From positions 1-43,860 of the forward strand of contig CAZHPN010000028.1 in NCBI GenBank assembly GCA_964534375.1: 43,860 bases of DNA. Reading direction: 5' to 3'. A program made the translations under genes and the position numbers. This document shows positions 41,758-43,860 of this stretch, in pieces (the first letter of the stretch is position 1; each line of letters opens with the position of its first letter). The DNA comes from an uncultured bacterium (GTDB lineage: Bacteria > Lernaellota > Lernaellaia > Lernaellales > Lernaellaceae). The notes under the pieces are model-generated. The model worked only from the letters and a program-made list of their open reading frames with translations, was not told the DNA's origin and made no database searches.

Positions 41758-41976
41758 TTCATTGCCGGGATTTCGGACCGTTTCGCATTCCGCCATCCTT
41801 CCGCAACCCGTGAAGCGGGCGCCGACGCCATGCCGGGAATTCATTCCCGGTCCCCGCCGAATATCACAAATATTGGCGAAACCAGGAATAATCCCCGGTT
41901 TTCCCGTGTCCGCGGTTTGCGCTGCGCCATTATGCGGAAAACCTGCGGCTGGTCCGGGTTTGTCGCCGATTCAGTG

Positions 41977-42045
41977 CACTGTTCGCTGCTCATTGCTCAC
42001 TGTTCACTGTTCACTGTTCACTGTTCACTGCTCACTGTTCACTGT
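41977..42045 (-). repeat. Heptamer tandem array (CACTGTT)n, inverted relative to the 41238 array
   Basis: About 10 units of cactgtt/cactgct; overlaps the stop codon of the adjacent gene. Confidence 0.9.
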
Positions 42046-43860
42046 CTTGCCGGTCCCGCGTAATGCAATATCGCGCCGTCGTCGCCGACGGCGAACACAT
42101 CGGACGGCGATGAACCCCAGATTCCGGCTAGCCCGTGCGCCGCGTTCGTCATCGTCGTCCAAGCTGTTCCGTCGTAATGCAGAATCACGCCCGCGTAATT
42201 GTAGGATTCCGCATCCTCCAGGATTTCGCCTGTCGCGAATACGTCGGAAGGCGACGAGCCCCAAACACTATAGAAGATTTCGTAGCCCTCGAACGGGAAT
42301 GTCATGCCCGTCCAAGACATTCCATCGTAATGCTGAATTGTGCCGTAGGTGCAGTCGACGTCGACCCCACCCACCGCGAACACGTCGGAAGAGGACGTCC
42401 CCCAGACCCCATGAAGGGGTCGGGAATTTGCGCCCGGCATCTCCGTCCAGGACGATCCGTCGTAATGCAGAGTTACACTGCCGGAATCTGCATAATAACT
42501 GCCTACGGTGAACACGTCGGACGGCGAGGATCCCCAGACGCCGTGAAGGTACACGTTGTTTTCGGTTGGGGTCGCCATCGTCGTCCAGGAGGTTCCGTCA
42601 TAAAGAAGAATCAGGGCGCCATTATCAACCCAGCCCGCCGCGAATACGTCGGACGGCGACGTTCCCCATACGCCGTTCAGGCACTGGGATTTTCCCGTCG
42701 ACGTTGCCGTCCAGGACACGCCGTTGTAATTCAGAACCACGCCGCCGGAAGTGCTGTCGTAGCTTGCCGCGAACACGTCCGAGGGCGACGAACCCCAGAT
42801 GCCGGCGGCCCACAGGGGCGCATTGGTATTTGTCCAGGACGCTCCATCGTACTGCAAAGTCGCGCCCCCCGTCGCGAACACGTCGGAAGGCGACGTCCCC
42901 CAGACGCCGTTAAAGGACGCCGGCGCGCCGCTCGTAATCGCCGCCCAGGATGTTCCATCGTAATGTTGCATCCAGCCGACCCAACCCACCGCGAACACGT
43001 CGGAAGAGGACGTGCCCCACACGCCGATGCCGCCCTCGGCCGCGGTCATTGCCGTCCAGGACGCGCCGTCGAAATGCAGAACCAAATTCCCGCAACCCAC
43101 CGCGAACACGTCGGAGGGCGAGGATCCCCAGACGTCGTTAAGGTACGCGTAACTTTCGGCTGGAATCGTCATCGTCGTCCAGGACGTCCCGTCGTAGTGC
43201 AAAATCAAGCAGACGTCGGTGTCGGGCGAGCCCACTGCGAACACGTCGGACGGCGAGGATCCCCAGACGCTGACAACGTGCGCGTTGTTGTCGGTCGGGG
43301 TCGTCATCGTCGTCCAGGAGGCGCCGTCGTAATGCAGAACGCCGCCGTCCACCGCAAACACGTCCGAGGGCGACGATCCCCAGATGCCGTACGCCCCCGC
43401 GGGCGCATTCATATCTGTCCAGGACGCTCCGTCGTAGTGCAAAATCGCGCTCCCCGTCGCGAATACGTCGGAAGGCGACGTCCCCCATACGCCGTAAATC
43501 CCTGACGCGGTTCCACTCGCCATTGGCGCCCAGATCGTTCCGTCGTAGTGCAAAATCACGCCGGCAACCGGATAGCCGTTGGGATCGGTTTGCTTGCCCA
43601 CCGCGAACACGTCGGAGGGCGACGCGGCCCAGACGCCCCAAAGATCCCCGGTCGATACGCCTGTCGTTCCCGACCAGGAAGCGCCGTCGAAGTGCAGAAT
43701 TGTGCCGTTATCCCCGACGGCGAACACGTCGGCAGGCGACGTTCCCCACACCGAGTTTACGTCGTTGCCCTGCGGCAGCGGGTTGAGCCAACACCAGCCG
43801 CCCAAGCTGCAAACGCCGGAACTGTTTGGGGTGACGTCATCGTTATCGTCGTCGTCGCCA
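42039..43860 (-). CDS. 14-repeat beta-propeller protein with Asp-rich linker (5' truncated)
   Basis: 14 copies of (G/S)VWGxSPSDVFAxG...LHYDGxSW; frame stays open to the window end (GDDDDNDDVTPNSSGVCSLGGWCW). Confidence 0.9.
   Translation of the reverse strand, partial: GDDDDNDDVTPNSSGVCSLGGWCWLNPLPQGNDVNSVWGTSPADVFAVGDNGTILHFDGASWSGTTGVSTGDLWGVWAASPSDVFAVGKQTDPNGYPVAGVILHYDGTIWAPMASGTASGIYGVWGTSPSDVFATGSAILHYDGASWTDMNAPAGAYGIWGSSPSDVFAVDGGVLHYDGASWTTMTTPTDNNAHVVSVWGSSPSDVFAVGSPDTDVCLILHYDGTSWTTMTIPAESYAYLNDVWGSSPSDVFAVGCGNLVLHFDGASWTAMTAAEGGIGVWGTSSSDVFAVGWVGWMQHYDGTSWAAITSGAPASFNGVWGTSPSDVFATGGATLQYDGASWTNTNAPLWAAGIWGSSPSDVFAASYDSTSGGVVLNYNGVSWTATSTGKSQCLNGVWGTSPSDVFAAGWVDNGALILLYDGTSWTTMATPTENNVYLHGVWGSSPSDVFTVGSYYADSGSVTLHYDGSSWTEMPGANSRPLHGVWGTSSSDVFAVGGVDVDCTYGTIQHYDGMSWTGMTFPFEGYEIFYSVWGSSPSDVFATGEILEDAESYNYAGVILHYDGTAWTTMTNAAHGLAGIWGSSPSDVFAVGDDGAILHYAGPARQ

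Noticed and set aside
41238..42045. Repeat region as CRISPR array or as carrier of a four-helix-bundle/GIY-YIG gene
   Set aside because: No regular repeat-spacer period, no cas genes, and none of the ORFs here resembles a real protein
42039..43860. Diversity-generating retroelement target
   Set aside because: No reverse transcriptase or template repeat in the window, and variation is not adenine-specific

Overview
GC-rich bacterial DNA with a deltaproteobacterial/Myxococcota-like gene repertoire (inferred, not tested). It probably spans a whole contig, since both ends break inside paralogous W-G-S-S-P-S-D-V-F-A-V-G repeat genes. Housekeeping and metabolic genes: rsmD-coaD-aminotransferase, rnhB-yraN, cysK-cysE, a fabF paralog, gdhA and a cyclase. 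Also present are an 11-heme c/b-type membrane cytochrome and a secreted Kelch/Cys-rich/Asp-rich protein ending GCGC. There is a sigma-54 two-component module with three exported proteins and a near-consensus -24/-12 promoter. A CheY-less chemosensory operon (soluble Rossmann-domain MCP, REC-REC-GGEEF cyclase, hybrid CheA, CheW, CheB, CheR, PilZ) follows, then two duplicated hybrid kinases and a Ser/Thr kinase. Two intergenic regions hold nested non-autonomous palindromic elements. The best candidates for undescribed systems are the c-di-GMP chemosensory circuit, the sigma-54 envelope module, the Asp-rich/GCGC tail and the nested elements. No database search was possible, so novelty is unverified.
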